Of a DNA stretch of 32,220 nt, positions 12,340-23,668 are shown in pieces. Under the pieces are notes generated by a model that was given only the letters and a program-made list of their open reading frames with translations, made no database searches and had not been told where the DNA came from. Made by a program: the position numbers and the translations under genes. The stretch comes from Diploschistes diacapsis. Lineage: Eukaryota. How positions within the stretch are numbered: position 1 is the first letter of the stretch; each line of letters begins with the position of its first letter. Location: positions 1-32,220 of the forward strand of contig JALAIB010000108.1 of NCBI GenBank assembly GCA_023645945.1, in the 5' to 3' direction.

Positions 12340-12398
12340 TAGCGCTACTGCGGTTTTTTACCAAGCACTACGTGCTTTTTGGTTAATATCCTTACAAC

Positions 12399-14027
12399 CT
12401 ATTCTCCCCTCAACAGGGGATCAGACAGCAACCGCTTCATCACTTTGGGATTCATCACCATTGCGACAATGACTCCGTTATGGCTCCAGTGCTCTCTCCT
12501 TTTTTCTCCCAGATCGTCGTTCTCGCGAACGGTCTCGGGATTCGGCGGCGCTTCCATGATCTTGATGACTCCATCCATCGTGTTAGGCAGCAGGAAATGC
12601 ACGTGTCTGGGTGTGCACCCTAGGACGAATTCGAGCGTCGACGCTCCAAGCCTGAGCCAAGTGGTCACTGTAGTGTGTCGCTGGCCGATGAAGAACTGCC
12701 AGAGCCTCTGCGCAGCTGCCTCGTAGGTGAAGTCGTGCAGCACCGCTCCGAGACTCTTCTGGTCGAACCTCGTGGTCGTCGCTCTGATCGCCTTTGCTAT
12801 GTCCCCGAGTGAAGCATTCATGATCTTGCTTGGCCGCATTGCAGTATGGACGTGCATTGTAGGCGAGCCCAAGAAGTTTGCAGGTAAGGGAGGGGATAGC
12901 CGAGGGCGGATACCTAGGACAATGTTCAGATAGATATCTTTCGCGTCATCCGGTTGCCGCGCTGCGCTGAGACGCTGCCAAAGGTGTGCTAATAATGCAT
13001 CTAGGCGACTGATGGGGCTTGTCGACGTTTCGGATGCTTTCTTCCAAATGCTGCGTATCTCCTTGCCGTTGAAATGGATATGGATATTGGACGCTGGACT
13101 TAGAAAGTCGCATTCTTCCCACGGTACAGGTCCTGCGGGCGACAATTCGGCTCTGTCCGTGTTCAATCCCGGAGGTTTCGTGGCATCCATCAAACTTGCG
13201 AAGAACGGCGGTCGAGAATTGGTCTCAAGCCATCGATCATAGCGATGGATAGGCATAGATCGCGACGTCTGCAGAAGGCTCTGGTCAGGCTCTAGCTTGT
13301 TCAGATCTCCGCCAGTTGCCTTTTCGATCATTGATGGATCAAAGACATGTTCCAGAGCTGGCAAAGGGGTCTCCTGCGCCATTGCGCGATTCGTTTCCGC
13401 CCAGCCCATCATGAAAGACATCATCGACCCTGCATCGGACAGAGCATGATGGACCTTGAGCGCCACGCCGACTCCACCGCAAGCGAACGTCGTTAGTTGA
13501 ACGGACGAAGAAGGTAGTCCTGTGAAACTACGTCCATCATGTCCCACGATTGGAGTGGTAGAAAAGAACTCTTCTTGCGGAAACCCTGCGGCATCCCAGT
13601 GTCTTGAACCCTGAGCACGTTGCGACGGCGATGGTACGAACTCCTCGAGGCGTCGAGCACTTTCCGCTACGATGACTTCGAAACCGGGATCGGCCTTCGT
13701 GCCATGCTTCACCAGCAGCCGTCCAAAGCGCTTCCGCGGGTCGCTGCCATTTTCAAACGGAGCCAGCTGCAACTGGCCAGCCCAGTGTGGGTATGCATTG
13801 ATTATCCGCTGGAGCGATTCTAGTAGGTGGGATGCCAGAAGTGCTTTGCGTTGCGGTACAAGTCTCGGCTTGTCGTAGATCCACAAGCCGTTGGCAGGCG
13901 GGAAAGGGGCGGCAATGGAGTCGAGTATAGAGAGCTTCGTGGAGATGGCTTCTGCTGGAACTTGTTGAGGTCTGAAACGAGCGTGTAGAAAAGTATGCAG
14001 AAAATGTCGAGGAACGGAGGCAGCCAT
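12399..14027 (-). CDS. CoA-dependent acyltransferase (transferase family, HxxxD), candidate O-acetyltransferase
   Basis: Intronless 542-aa ORF with YPHWAGQL, VQLTTFACGGVGVALKVHHALSDAG (HxxxD), SRLDALLAHLW and RPRLSPPLPANFLGSP segments typical of fungal transferase-family enzymes. Confidence 0.9.
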   Translation of the reverse strand: MAASVPRHFLHTFLHARFRPQQVPAEAISTKLSILDSIAAPFPPANGLWIYDKPRLVPQRKALLASHLLESLQRIINAYPHWAGQLQLAPFENGSDPRKRFGRLLVKHGTKADPGFEVIVAESARRLEEFVPSPSQRAQGSRHWDAAGFPQEEFFSTTPIVGHDGRSFTGLPSSSVQLTTFACGGVGVALKVHHALSDAGSMMSFMMGWAETNRAMAQETPLPALEHVFDPSMIEKATGGDLNKLEPDQSLLQTSRSMPIHRYDRWLETNSRPPFFASLMDATKPPGLNTDRAELSPAGPVPWEECDFLSPASNIHIHFNGKEIRSIWKKASETSTSPISRLDALLAHLWQRLSAARQPDDAKDIYLNIVLGIRPRLSPPLPANFLGSPTMHVHTAMRPSKIMNASLGDIAKAIRATTTRFDQKSLGAVLHDFTYEAAAQRLWQFFIGQRHTTVTTWLRLGASTLEFVLGCTPRHVHFLLPNTMDGVIKIMEAPPNPETVRENDDLGEKRREHWSHNGVIVAMVMNPKVMKRLLSDPLLRGE

Positions 14028-14456
14028 GAATCCCTGGTCTCGAGAAGCTCATAGATCGGCATCATGTGTGAAGGGGAAATGCAGGTCTTGCGGCTAAAAG
14101 CAGATAGAAAGAAGGGTCCAGCATGCGAGATTGACAGAGAGACCATCGCGAGCTCTCCGGTCCCTGACCCGGCTGTGAAGACCAATGCTACGTAGCATCG
14201 CGTGCGGCTTCAACTTGCTATCGCAGGATTCGCACTTAAGCCTAATGCGGGAGCCCCCGACCAGATTTGTGCCCGATCCGGAATCGTGGCGCCAGAGGCA
14301 CGTATGTTCCCATTAGGCCAAATCTAGCTGCAACCGAGTCAAAGATGGGCTTCCATATCATCAGTGAAACCATGCTTCTCAATGATTTGAAAGCTGCGAG
14401 GATATCGATTGATCGCGGACACGCGAGAGAGTCGTAATCACGAGGCGATGACCAAG

Positions 14457-16294
14457 ATGGCATTTTTAGAAAGCTTGGTGGAACAGAAATACCCGAACGT
14501 TGTTGTGACCATCTCTGCAGTTGTAAGTATTTTCCTCTGGTAGCTGACCAAAGCAATTGACGAAGCAAGGTGCTTCTGATAGGTCTGAGCAAAGGTGCTT
14601 ATAACTATTTCTTCCATCCCCTTGCCAAGTTTCCTGGTCCGAGAGCGGCGGCAATAAGCAATGCGAGTAATTGAACCCAGAAAGTGGCAGCTGTGTTAAT
14701 GCTAGAAATAGTTTTCGCATTGTTACTGGTTCCTTGGAGGGCGCCAGCCGCACAAAATTCTCGAACTGCACAGGAAATATGGTTGGTTCATCACTCACGA
14801 GAAACATGCGCCTTACATGAAGTAGGTCCGGTTGTTCGAACAGGGCCTAACGAACTTTCCTTCAACTCCGCGCAGTCATGGCGGGATATCTACGACTTTC
14901 GACAAGGCCACAAGACCTTTGTGAAGAGTGATTTCTACGAAGGAGGCAGCTTTGCAGACCAATGTGGTTCCATCGTGAGCGAAAGAGACCCGGTCGCTCA
15001 CGGGAAGATGCGAAGGGATCTATCTCATGCCTTTTCCCAGAAATCATTGTCGGAGCAGGAGTTCATCATTGCTGGGGTGACTGATCGCTTCATTGAGAAG
15101 CTCCAAGAGCAAGATAGCCAGGAAATCGATGCCGTGAAATGGTTCACGATGCTCACGTTTGATATCATTGGAGATTTGGCGTTTGGGGAGACCTTCAATG
15201 GCATTGAGACAGGTACAAATTTGCGTGTGGATTTTTGCGCTGCTCACACTGGCTAAGGTAGTTATCATCCGTGGATCGTTCGAATCGAAGGCGCCATGAT
15301 GCAAGGTGCACTTGCCGATTGTTTCAAACGCTTTGCCACTATTGGAAAGCTTGTCATGCTGCTGCTTCCCGGCAAGGTAATGGCAATTATCGAAGACACT
15401 AAGATTAATGAGAGATACTCGATTGATTTGGTGAAGAAGTGGGCAAACGTCTTGGTGACCTGCGAGAAAGCGCTAATAAATCACAGGAGGATCAATAAGA
15501 AGACCGATCGCAAGGATTTCCTGACTCGTATCCTGGAGCATAGGGACGAGAACAACGTCTCAGATATCCAGATCGCAGCACATGCCTCGGATTTTGTGCT
15601 CGCTGGAAGTGAGACGACGGCGACAGCGCTCTCGTGTATAACGTATTACCTGCTTCATACGCCCCATGCCTTGAAAGCTTTGACCGACGAGATCGATGGG
15701 GCATTTAAGTCGTACGGTGAAATAAACGCTATGTCTACTAGCTCACTCAAATACCTTCAAGCCGTATGCCTAGAGGGGATGCGAATATATTCGCCACTTC
15801 CCTTTGCATTGCCAAGAGTGGTTCCTGCAGAGGGAGATACAGTGGATGGGCACTTCTTGCCCGCTGGGGTCAGTGAGAATTCCAAGTCTTAAAGGAGAGA
15901 CTGACAATCGTATGGTGAAGACTGTCGTATCAACGAATCCGGTGGCTGCATCACTGGACGCCCGAAACTTCAAAGACCCTCTTTCTTTCAAGCCAGAACG
16001 ATGGCTAGGCGACAACAAAACAGATAAACTAGATGCTTCTCAGCCATTCTCATTGGGTCCTAGAGGATGTCTTGGAAGAAGGTGCGTGCCCATTGAATTT
16101 GGACCAAGAACACTACCACTGACGACGGCAGTCTCGGATGGATGGAGTTACGGACAGTGCTTGCCAAGCTACATTTCAGGAATTCTATCGAACTAGTCAG
16201 CACTGACTTGGACTGGCAAGACGATTCGAAAATGCATACTCTTTGGCAAAAGCCAAGCTTGAAAATCAAAGTATCGTCGAGACATAAGAATTGA
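14457..16294 (+). CDS. Cytochrome P450 monooxygenase B (Tri11/CYP65-like group)
   Basis: Eight exons; intron 1 14523-14569, intron 2 GC-AG 14663-14711, intron 3 14782-14825, then four GT-AG introns. YNYFFHPLAKFPGP, GPNELSF, FDIIGDLAFGE, AGSETT, EGMR, PERW, FSLGPRGCLGR; TGA at 16292-16294. An in-frame ATG also exists at 14448. Confidence 0.93.
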
Positions 16295-16693
16295 TGGTGA
16301 TAGGAAGAACAAGATACTCGAATTTGGAGGACTTGAGATGGGGAGATGATGCTTGAATCGTCAGGCGCGGCGTCAACATAGATTCAACCTTGCTTCAATA
16401 TCCATATTCGCCTATCCCTATCGTTGGTCACACGGTAATTCGTCCTCATATTGGTGGGTTGATCCTGATTCTCAGCTATGAGATGTGTCACGATCGGAAC
16501 CGCCAAAGGTCATAGACGTAGTTATGCCTTTTCCATACCGTAATGCGATATACACAACAGCTTCGGCGACTGTAGATACCCAAAGTCCGTAAATGGACAG
16601 TTCCGAGATTTCGGAGCATGTTGGATTATATATACAAATGTGATGAATCTGTCAGCAGCTTCTCCTAGACCACACCTCTGCATTGCTACCGCT

Positions 16694-17709
16694 ATGGCCG
16701 CACTCACGATCGACAGCACGAAGTTCGCGGACTTGACCGGCAAGGTCGCACTAATAACTGGTATTTGACCCATTGAACTAGTAGCCTAGCTGACATCACC
16801 CAGGCGGATCGTCTGGTATTGGATATGCTGCCGCTTTGATTCTCGCAGGACAGGGAGCCAAAGTCCACATTCTGGATCTTGGACCACCCGAATCGGTGCC
16901 AGAGAACCTTTCTTCGCGAATCGAGTACCACCAGTGCGATATCACATCGTGGCCCTTGTTGAGAGATATCTTCCAGCGCCTCCCCAGGCTGGATCTTCTC
17001 TTTGCAAACGCCGGCGTTTCTGAGACAGTGAACTCTTTCGAAGACACCTTTGACGAAGCGGGACTACTGCAAGAGCCTTCGTATGGTGTCTTGGGAGTGA
17101 ACCTGAGATGCGTATTGAACGTGGTCAAGCTTGGCTGGAGCCACATGCGGAAGAACAAGATCGCAGGCAGCATTGTTCTGACGATCAGCGCAACGGCTTA
17201 TGCGCCAGAACAGTCGCTGCCTGTCTATAGTGCTGCAAAGCTGGCGGTATGCTTCCAGTGGCGAAAAAAATTGCTCAACAACTAACCGGAAATGTACACA
17301 GCTCGTTGGGCTTGTGCGAAGTCTCAGGTCCACCATTACCCAAGATAACATCACAATCAATGGCGTCGCCCCTGCTGCGACAATCACTAAACTGCTGCCG
17401 GGAAACCTGGCAGCGCCGATCATGGCAGCTGGGCTTCCCGTCAGCTCAGCACATTTTGTAGCCCTCGCCTTGGTGTGGTCTGCTGTCGGTACGGAGACGC
17501 GCAAGGTGGAAGTGTATGGCAGGGAAGACGATGCGAATCTTGTCAAAGCAGGCCGTTGGAATGGCAGAGTGATTTTGACTCTTGGCGACACATATACAGA
17601 GCTGGAAGAGCCAATAGCAAATCTTCGGCCAGAGTGGTTTGGAAAGGAAAATCTGCGGCTAACGAGAATGCAGCAAGCCGCGACCGATGCACGTTCATTA
17701 TTGCTTTGA
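16694..17709 (+). CDS. Short-chain dehydrogenase/reductase 2 (15-hydroxyprostaglandin-DH-like, ~305 aa)
   Basis: Exons 16694-16760, 16804-17246, 17302-17709. TGGSSGIG, FANAG, catalytic YSAAK, INGVAP. Confidence 0.92.
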
Positions 17710-17824
17710 CGCACTGGCCCAATTTGGAACAATTGGTTGAAAGCATCTACTTTGCGGTCACGTGGGGCTTTACACGCTATTCTCCATCGAAAAGAAACTA
17801 TGTTATGAGATCTAGATCGAAAAA

Positions 17825-19472
17825 CTATAGCTTAGGTATAAACTTTAGATTAGTCCGAATCTTCTCACCATGCACTAGGAACAGAATCGTGAATGGAGCA
17901 AATGCAAGGCCTAAGAGAGCGAGTAGCGAATTTCCCCACCCAAGGCCCAGTCGTTCATACAATGCTGGTCCAGCCAGTGGGACGACGGTTCCAAAGACGC
18001 TTCGAACGACCGTATTCGCGGCGATCGCACTGGCGGCGTACAACGTGAAAACATCGATAAGATACATTTGTATCGGCAGGAAGACGGCCAGGATTCCAAC
18101 GCCGCAGAAGCTTGTACCAATAATGGGCACAATCCAGTGGACGCGATACTCGGCCGTCCACCCGTACCAGAATAGACCGATGGGGAACAGGAAAGATCCA
18201 ATCACCAGAGGTGGCAGTCGATCCTCGGGTTTAGAAACGCCACCACGCTTCGCCTTCTGCCGCGCCAGGTATCGATCTGTGAACAGACCAACAAAGACTT
18301 GTCCGATCACAAATCCCATCCCAAGTCCGATGTATGCAAGTCCCGCTGCCCCAGTATTGAATCCATAGTTGTCTTCGAAGACGGCGGTGAAGGTCGTAAA
18401 GAGCAGATACATGTAGGAATACACAATGGCAATAAAGACGGAAAGGAGACCCACGATGGGAGAAAAGCAGATCATCTTGGTAGGACGCAGGATGGCCAGA
18501 CGGAAGAGCTCGGATGCCGTTTGTCCCTTATCGAATTTGGATCTGAGGTGCATGTTTTCCGTTTCTTTTCTGAGCTTCTCGGCTTTCCACTTGAGGAGGA
18601 CTGGGCCGTAGGTCTCCCGCAAGAGAAAGATGGACACCAAAGTCGAGATTCCAGAGAAAATGACGACCAGCCAAAAGGTCCAGCGCCATCCGACACCCAA
18701 AGTGAGGTATCCACCAGCAACTGGTCCAATGACAGGGCCAAGAAGAGGGCCGATTGTCCACAAGGTTAGAGCCCTCCCACGCTTTTCTGCCGGCATTAGG
18801 TCCGCAACGTACCCTCCACCAAGTGTAACCGGAATCACACATGCGAGGCCCATCACCAATCGGAAAACGATAAGCATAGGTAAACTGACGCTGACGGCGC
18901 AAAGTATAGAAGCGACGAGGAAGACCACATTCGCCACGTGGAAAACAATGCTGCGGCCGTAGAGCTCACTCAGAGGTGAGAGAAATAAAGGGCCAACTGC
19001 CAGACCGATGAGATAGATTGAAATGAGGAGAGATCCTTCCGTAGAATTGTTCGACTGAAAATTGGACAACGCCTGTGGTACTCCTGGGGCAAAAATGGTG
19101 GATGCCATTGATCTGAAAGCATGAGGCGTACTCGATCACAACTTGATGGATAACAGAAACTCACGTATTGAAGGTAACTGCAGAGACTAAACCTATGATG
19201 CCCCATTTACGATTCAGGCTCCAGATCATTGGATTCTGAGGATCGGCTGGCCCGTCCCAATCAACGACATTGCAATCACTGGTCGCAGTCGAATGCGGAG
19301 GTTGCTTTTCCACATCATTGTCTTTCTGTGCTAACGCTCCAAGCTCAAAGTCGCCGTCCTCCTTCCTTCCTTCAGATTGCCGTTGCTGGGTGGAGACTGT
19401 CGAACGATCTGTGGAGACCAAGTCGTTATGGACGAGATTGCCTCTAAGAGGCTCCCGGCTGGATGTATCCAT
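17825..19472 (-). CDS. MFS multidrug/toxin efflux transporter (DHA1-type, ~12 TM)
   Basis: Exons 19472-19165 and 19112-17825. [56 protein letters not shown] and [10 protein letters not shown] motifs. Confidence 0.95.
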
Positions 19473-19677
19473 GGCCTAGTCCACATGCACTTTATAGGAC
19501 ACAGGAGCTATGTGAAAGAACTGGCCATCATTGCACCGCTGTAGGAGAACCGCAGTCACAACATTGTAGGTGCAGCTTACACGACACTAAGTTGTTGCTT
19601 ACAGTGTTAACTTCCTGCTGCGGAAAGGCTCCGAGATAATAGGGCTGTCTAAGCGGAATCGGGGCTGTCCAAAATCG

Positions 19678-19744
19678 CCGAATTGGGAATTTCCAATTCG
19701 GGGATTTCCAATTCGGGACTTTCCGAGTCGGGGTTTGTCGAAAT
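19678..19744. repeat. 15-bp-period tandem repeat with overlapping palindrome in the MFS promoter
   Basis: Units GGGAATTTCCAATTC / GGGGATTTCCAATTC / GGGACTTTCCGAGTC / degenerate GGGGTTTGTCGAAAT (19685-19744); palindrome CCGAATTGG-N6-CCAATTCGG at 19678-19701. Confidence 0.7.
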
Positions 19745-19794
19745 ACAGAATTTGGCCGACAGGTAATCATTTTCATGCTGTTGTGGCTGTATTA

Positions 19795-20452
19795 GGGAGG
19801 TTTAGCACCCCTGTAAATGCACCGCGTAAGTCCTATCGTAGTTAGCTCGTGTCTCGGCGCCGAGCGCTGCTTACCTATTTGGGAAGCATCTCCGAACGTC
19901 GCCTACGCTGCATAAGTTCTAATATAAATAAGCGTCGAGAAAAGCCTTACGGCCCTCCACCGACGCATACATTTTTAATCTCTAAAATAGACTATTCGGC
20001 GTCTTTAAAGGCCGTCGGGGACGTGTCTGTCTCTATAAAACATAAAAAATAAACAACGACGTCTACCCCTACGGTCCCAGGCCCTAAATTTTACGATTTA
20101 AATAATAATAAACGTTGGTATTAAATATTGTAACGTCTATTGATTATCTTTGTATCTTTTTACCCACCTTTTCTTCTCCATTCCTCCTAACGCCTCGCAC
20201 TTTGTTATTAAATATAATAAAAGGACGAAAGTAATAATGGCCCCACGGCGCCTTAAAATAAGCCTCTGAAAACGTAAAATGGCCATATTTCAAACCTTTT
20301 TAATTATATTCAAAAGAGATAAAATTACTAGAAACATTGCATTTTAACATACTATTTAATTTAAACCAATCTATTACCAAGACCCCAAAAAAAGGCGCTA
20401 GCTACATCTGGACTTACGCAGCGAGCGCATTGACAGGGTTGCTAAACCTCTC
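19795..20452. mobile_element. 658-bp non-autonomous TIR DNA-transposon relic, RIP-eroded
   Basis: Left end GGGAGGTTTAGCACCCCTGTAAATGCACCGCGTAAGTCCTATCGTAGTTAGC (19795-19846) aligns with the reverse complement of 20397-20452 (GAGAGGTTTAGCAACCCTGTCAATGCGCTCGCTGCGTAAGTCCAGATGTAGCTAGC). TA on both flanks; interior AT- and TpA-rich with no credible ORF. Confidence 0.82.
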
Positions 20453-21177
20453 TATTGGCTGCTACCGGGTGAAACGCAACCCCGCTTGGTATTTGGGTGC
20501 GCCCTCAGCTATTATTACTATCAGTTCTTATTGTTAATCCTTTGCTAGGGTAGCCTACGGCTACATGTAGCCCTCGTGGTTCATACTTGGATTAACGACC
20601 AAAAATACTCCATGATCTCATGCATGAATCGGCAAAAAGCCATGTGCAAGATCTGACATGAGCCCACGAGGACACAAGCTTCGGTCCACAGTACGCCCAT
20701 GCGCCCATGTTGACCCTGGCCTTGGATTAGGTCCTCAAGCCAGCTTCCTAAGAGGGCATGCCGTGCTACATGGATTCCAGAAGCCCAGCTGTCCACCGTG
20801 AGACGGTCATTCGTCCTTGTCGAGAATCTACTAGGAGTTACGTTCCTTCTCATGGTAGTAAAATTTCGATTGTCTAGCCGCAAGAGGCTTGATTACTTTG
20901 CTATACGATGGCTGTGGTCTGTCTCGTCTGGCCACATAAGAGTCATAACGAGATGGCCTTGTGCCGTCAGGCAACGCATCAACGTGGCAGTGCGGCTCAG
21001 AGGGATAGAAGAGCTGTGTTTCACGCTATCTATCGTCTATTTCGCGAGGGTGGCGGCTGAGGACTGTGGGAGATCTATATAGGCTCGGTCTGTTGAGATT
21101 TTCTTCATGTTATCGTCGCTCTTTCGCTTATTTTCTTTGCATCTGAAGTCTGATTTGAATTGCCCTTGTTATTGGAA

Positions 21178-23029
21178 ATGGTGTCATTTTCTGTACAGCC
21201 GGCTGCGGCCATCATAGTCACTGTGCTTTTAGCATTCGCTGAAGGGTCGCTCATAAGTTTTCCTCGATCTCAGTCCAGCGGTTGCCAAGCACTCTCCAAG
21301 CAATTTCCTTCGTTGGTATCTTTTCCCAATAGCACCATCTACGAGACAGAGAATGCTGGCGAGTGGAATACGAGCGACGGCGAAGATGCGTGCTAACAGC
21401 TTTGCAGAATTCTGGTCCGAGACTACTATACTGTCTCCCTTTTGCATTTTCACACCGAACACATCACAAGACATCGCCTCCGCTGTGAAGGTTCTCGTTC
21501 AAACCAACACCAAGTTTGCTGTTCGGGGTGGAGGGCACATGCCTATTCCAGGGGCTGCCTCGACCAATGATGGGATCCTGATAGCAATGGACAACATCTC
21601 GACACTTGAGGTTGCTCAAGTTGGATCTCAAGCCGTGGCCAAAATTGGAACTGGCTCACGATGGATCAATGTCTACGAGCAGTTGGCATCTCAGAAACTT
21701 ACAGTGATCGGAGGCCGATATGCGTCAGTCCTTTGCTGTCCTGTTGTCTATCTTTACTGAAATAAATCAGACCGGTTGGAGTTGGCGGATACATCCTAGG
21801 CGGAGGAGTGTCTTACTATCTCTCAGCCAAAGGATGGGGTGCCAATCATGTCGTGAACTTCGAGATTGTCGACGCCGCGGGCGATATTCTCCAGGTTAAC
21901 GCCACATCGTATCCCGATCTTTTCTGGTCTCTCAAAGGTGGATCAAACAATTTCGGAATCGCCACACGATACGACCTTGAAACATTTCCCCTAATTGATA
22001 TCTACGGAGGATTCCTGACTTCGAACGAGACATATGTCAATGATGTAGTTCAGGGTAAGCTCACACAATCCGGAGCTCTCGTTCATCCGTAAAGAGATCA
22101 TCTAGGGTATTAGCCTTGAATTCCTAAGACCCATACTCCTACACCAATATCTAGGCAAACAGAGCTAATCTGATGGGCAGCTGTTGCTGACTATATCACA
22201 CCCTCTACTGGAGGAAACTTCGACCTAGCCGCTGCCGTAGCTCCAAATCTCGAGTTTACGACCGATACAAGAGTCCTCACAGCAGTCACCAGTCTCTTCT
22301 ATAACCAGAGCGTCGACGCATCTCCCAAAGCATTTGAGAACTTTACAGCTGTTCCAGCGATACCAGAGCTCTCTGGGACATCAAAACAAAGTCTGCTCAG
22401 TTTTCTGAATGCTACTGTTGCAACCGGAGATAGAAATTCCAAGTAAGGCCCTCATCCAAGCATAGTATTGAGAGACTGATCCTCGCGTTATAGCAAGCTC
22501 TTTGGTGCAACGTCACTTAAAGGCACTCCTCAGGCTGTGAAACTGGCTGCGCAGATTTTCTTGGACGAGATCAAGATCATCAAGAATGTGACAGGCGGTA
22601 TCGTGACAATTGGTTTCCAAATGATTGCCGAGTCTTCTCTTCAAGCAGCTCTTGCCGCCGGTGGGGATGCTATAGCTCTAGATCCCGCTAATGGTGCTGT
22701 CATGAGTGAGCTGTCATCCATACTCGCCAAGTCCAAAATTATGCTAACAGCCTCTAGCTCTCCTGGTTAGCAGCGAATATGCACAAGCATCGGACACGCA
22801 GTATCTCCAGGGCTGGTTAACTGGAGTTCTACAAAAGATCGAGAGGCAAGCGAAAGCCGCTGGCATCTATTATCCCTTCATCTACCTGAATGATTCGGGA
22901 GAGGGAGAACCTGTCCTGCGACTGTACGGGAATGGCAGGAGTTTCGCGAGAATGAAGGCCATAGCGGCGAAACACGACCCCAAGCGTGTATTCCAGAAGC
23001 TTCTTGCAGGAGCGTTCAAGTTATCGTAA
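21178..23029 (+). CDS. Secreted FAD-linked oxidase (BBE/vanillyl-alcohol-oxidase family)
   Basis: Six exons (intron 1 GC-AG 21359-21407). Signal-peptide-like N-terminus (MVSFSVQPAAAIIVTVLLAFAEG), FAVRGGGH flavinylation motif, VGVGGYILGGG, DLFWSLKGGSNNFGIATR, C-terminal YLND...HDPKRVFQ; many N-x-S/T sequons; TAA 23027-23029. Confidence 0.92.
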
Positions 23030-23668
23030 GGTCAGAATGGGGCTAGTGGCATTAGAATTTCTCGGATCATGCTAGAGAGCTGCAGATTGAGCCTTCGGGC
23101 ATTGTTATAATTATATACTTGTATACTACAACTGAATTGAGACGTCAGTATCTTCTATTTCCTTCCTCTGGGTCCTCCAGATAGCCACATCTGTGACCAA
23201 TCACCAGTCCTTGTAAATGCCTAATTGACTGTGATTTCGGGGCAACCTGCATTTGTGTATTTCGAAGAAGCCCCCGTTTGGCGCTAAGCCTGGTTCGTTA
23301 ATTAGCCGAACCCCTTTTCATCTACCAAGTTGAGCAAATATCGTTACTATGCAACCCTTTCTCAGCTTCCCATCCGGATCCACTCGATGATCGAGCCTCA
23401 AAGATCCAGTATTGATTCGGCGAGCATCTCCGACAGGTTCGATATGATCTTACGGACCCGGATCGATCCAAGCTGCCAGTCTCCGCGATCCGAGTAAGCA
23501 AAGGGGTCTCTCGTAGTTGAGCTTGACTAGTAAAGGTACCCCGTATGATGGCATTGTGTCTCAGTACATACTCTACCATCTTGCGCTTCGTTATCCTTCT
23601 CTTACAGTTTTGGCGCGATTCGTTTGTATCAGCTATCAAAATCAAATCCAGTACGTGTTTTGCCTACA

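Noticed and set aside
14028..14456. AflR/GliZ-type sites (TCG-N5-CGA, TCGG-N3-CCGA) in cluster promoters
   Set aside because: Only partial or differently spaced matches found by eye (e.g. TCGTAATCACGA here, GCGGCAGCCGA near 12000); no consistent motif.
20548..20572. GTAGCC/GGCTAC palindromes (GGCTACATGTAGCC)
   Set aside because: Short, isolated and next to a transposon relic; no functional support.
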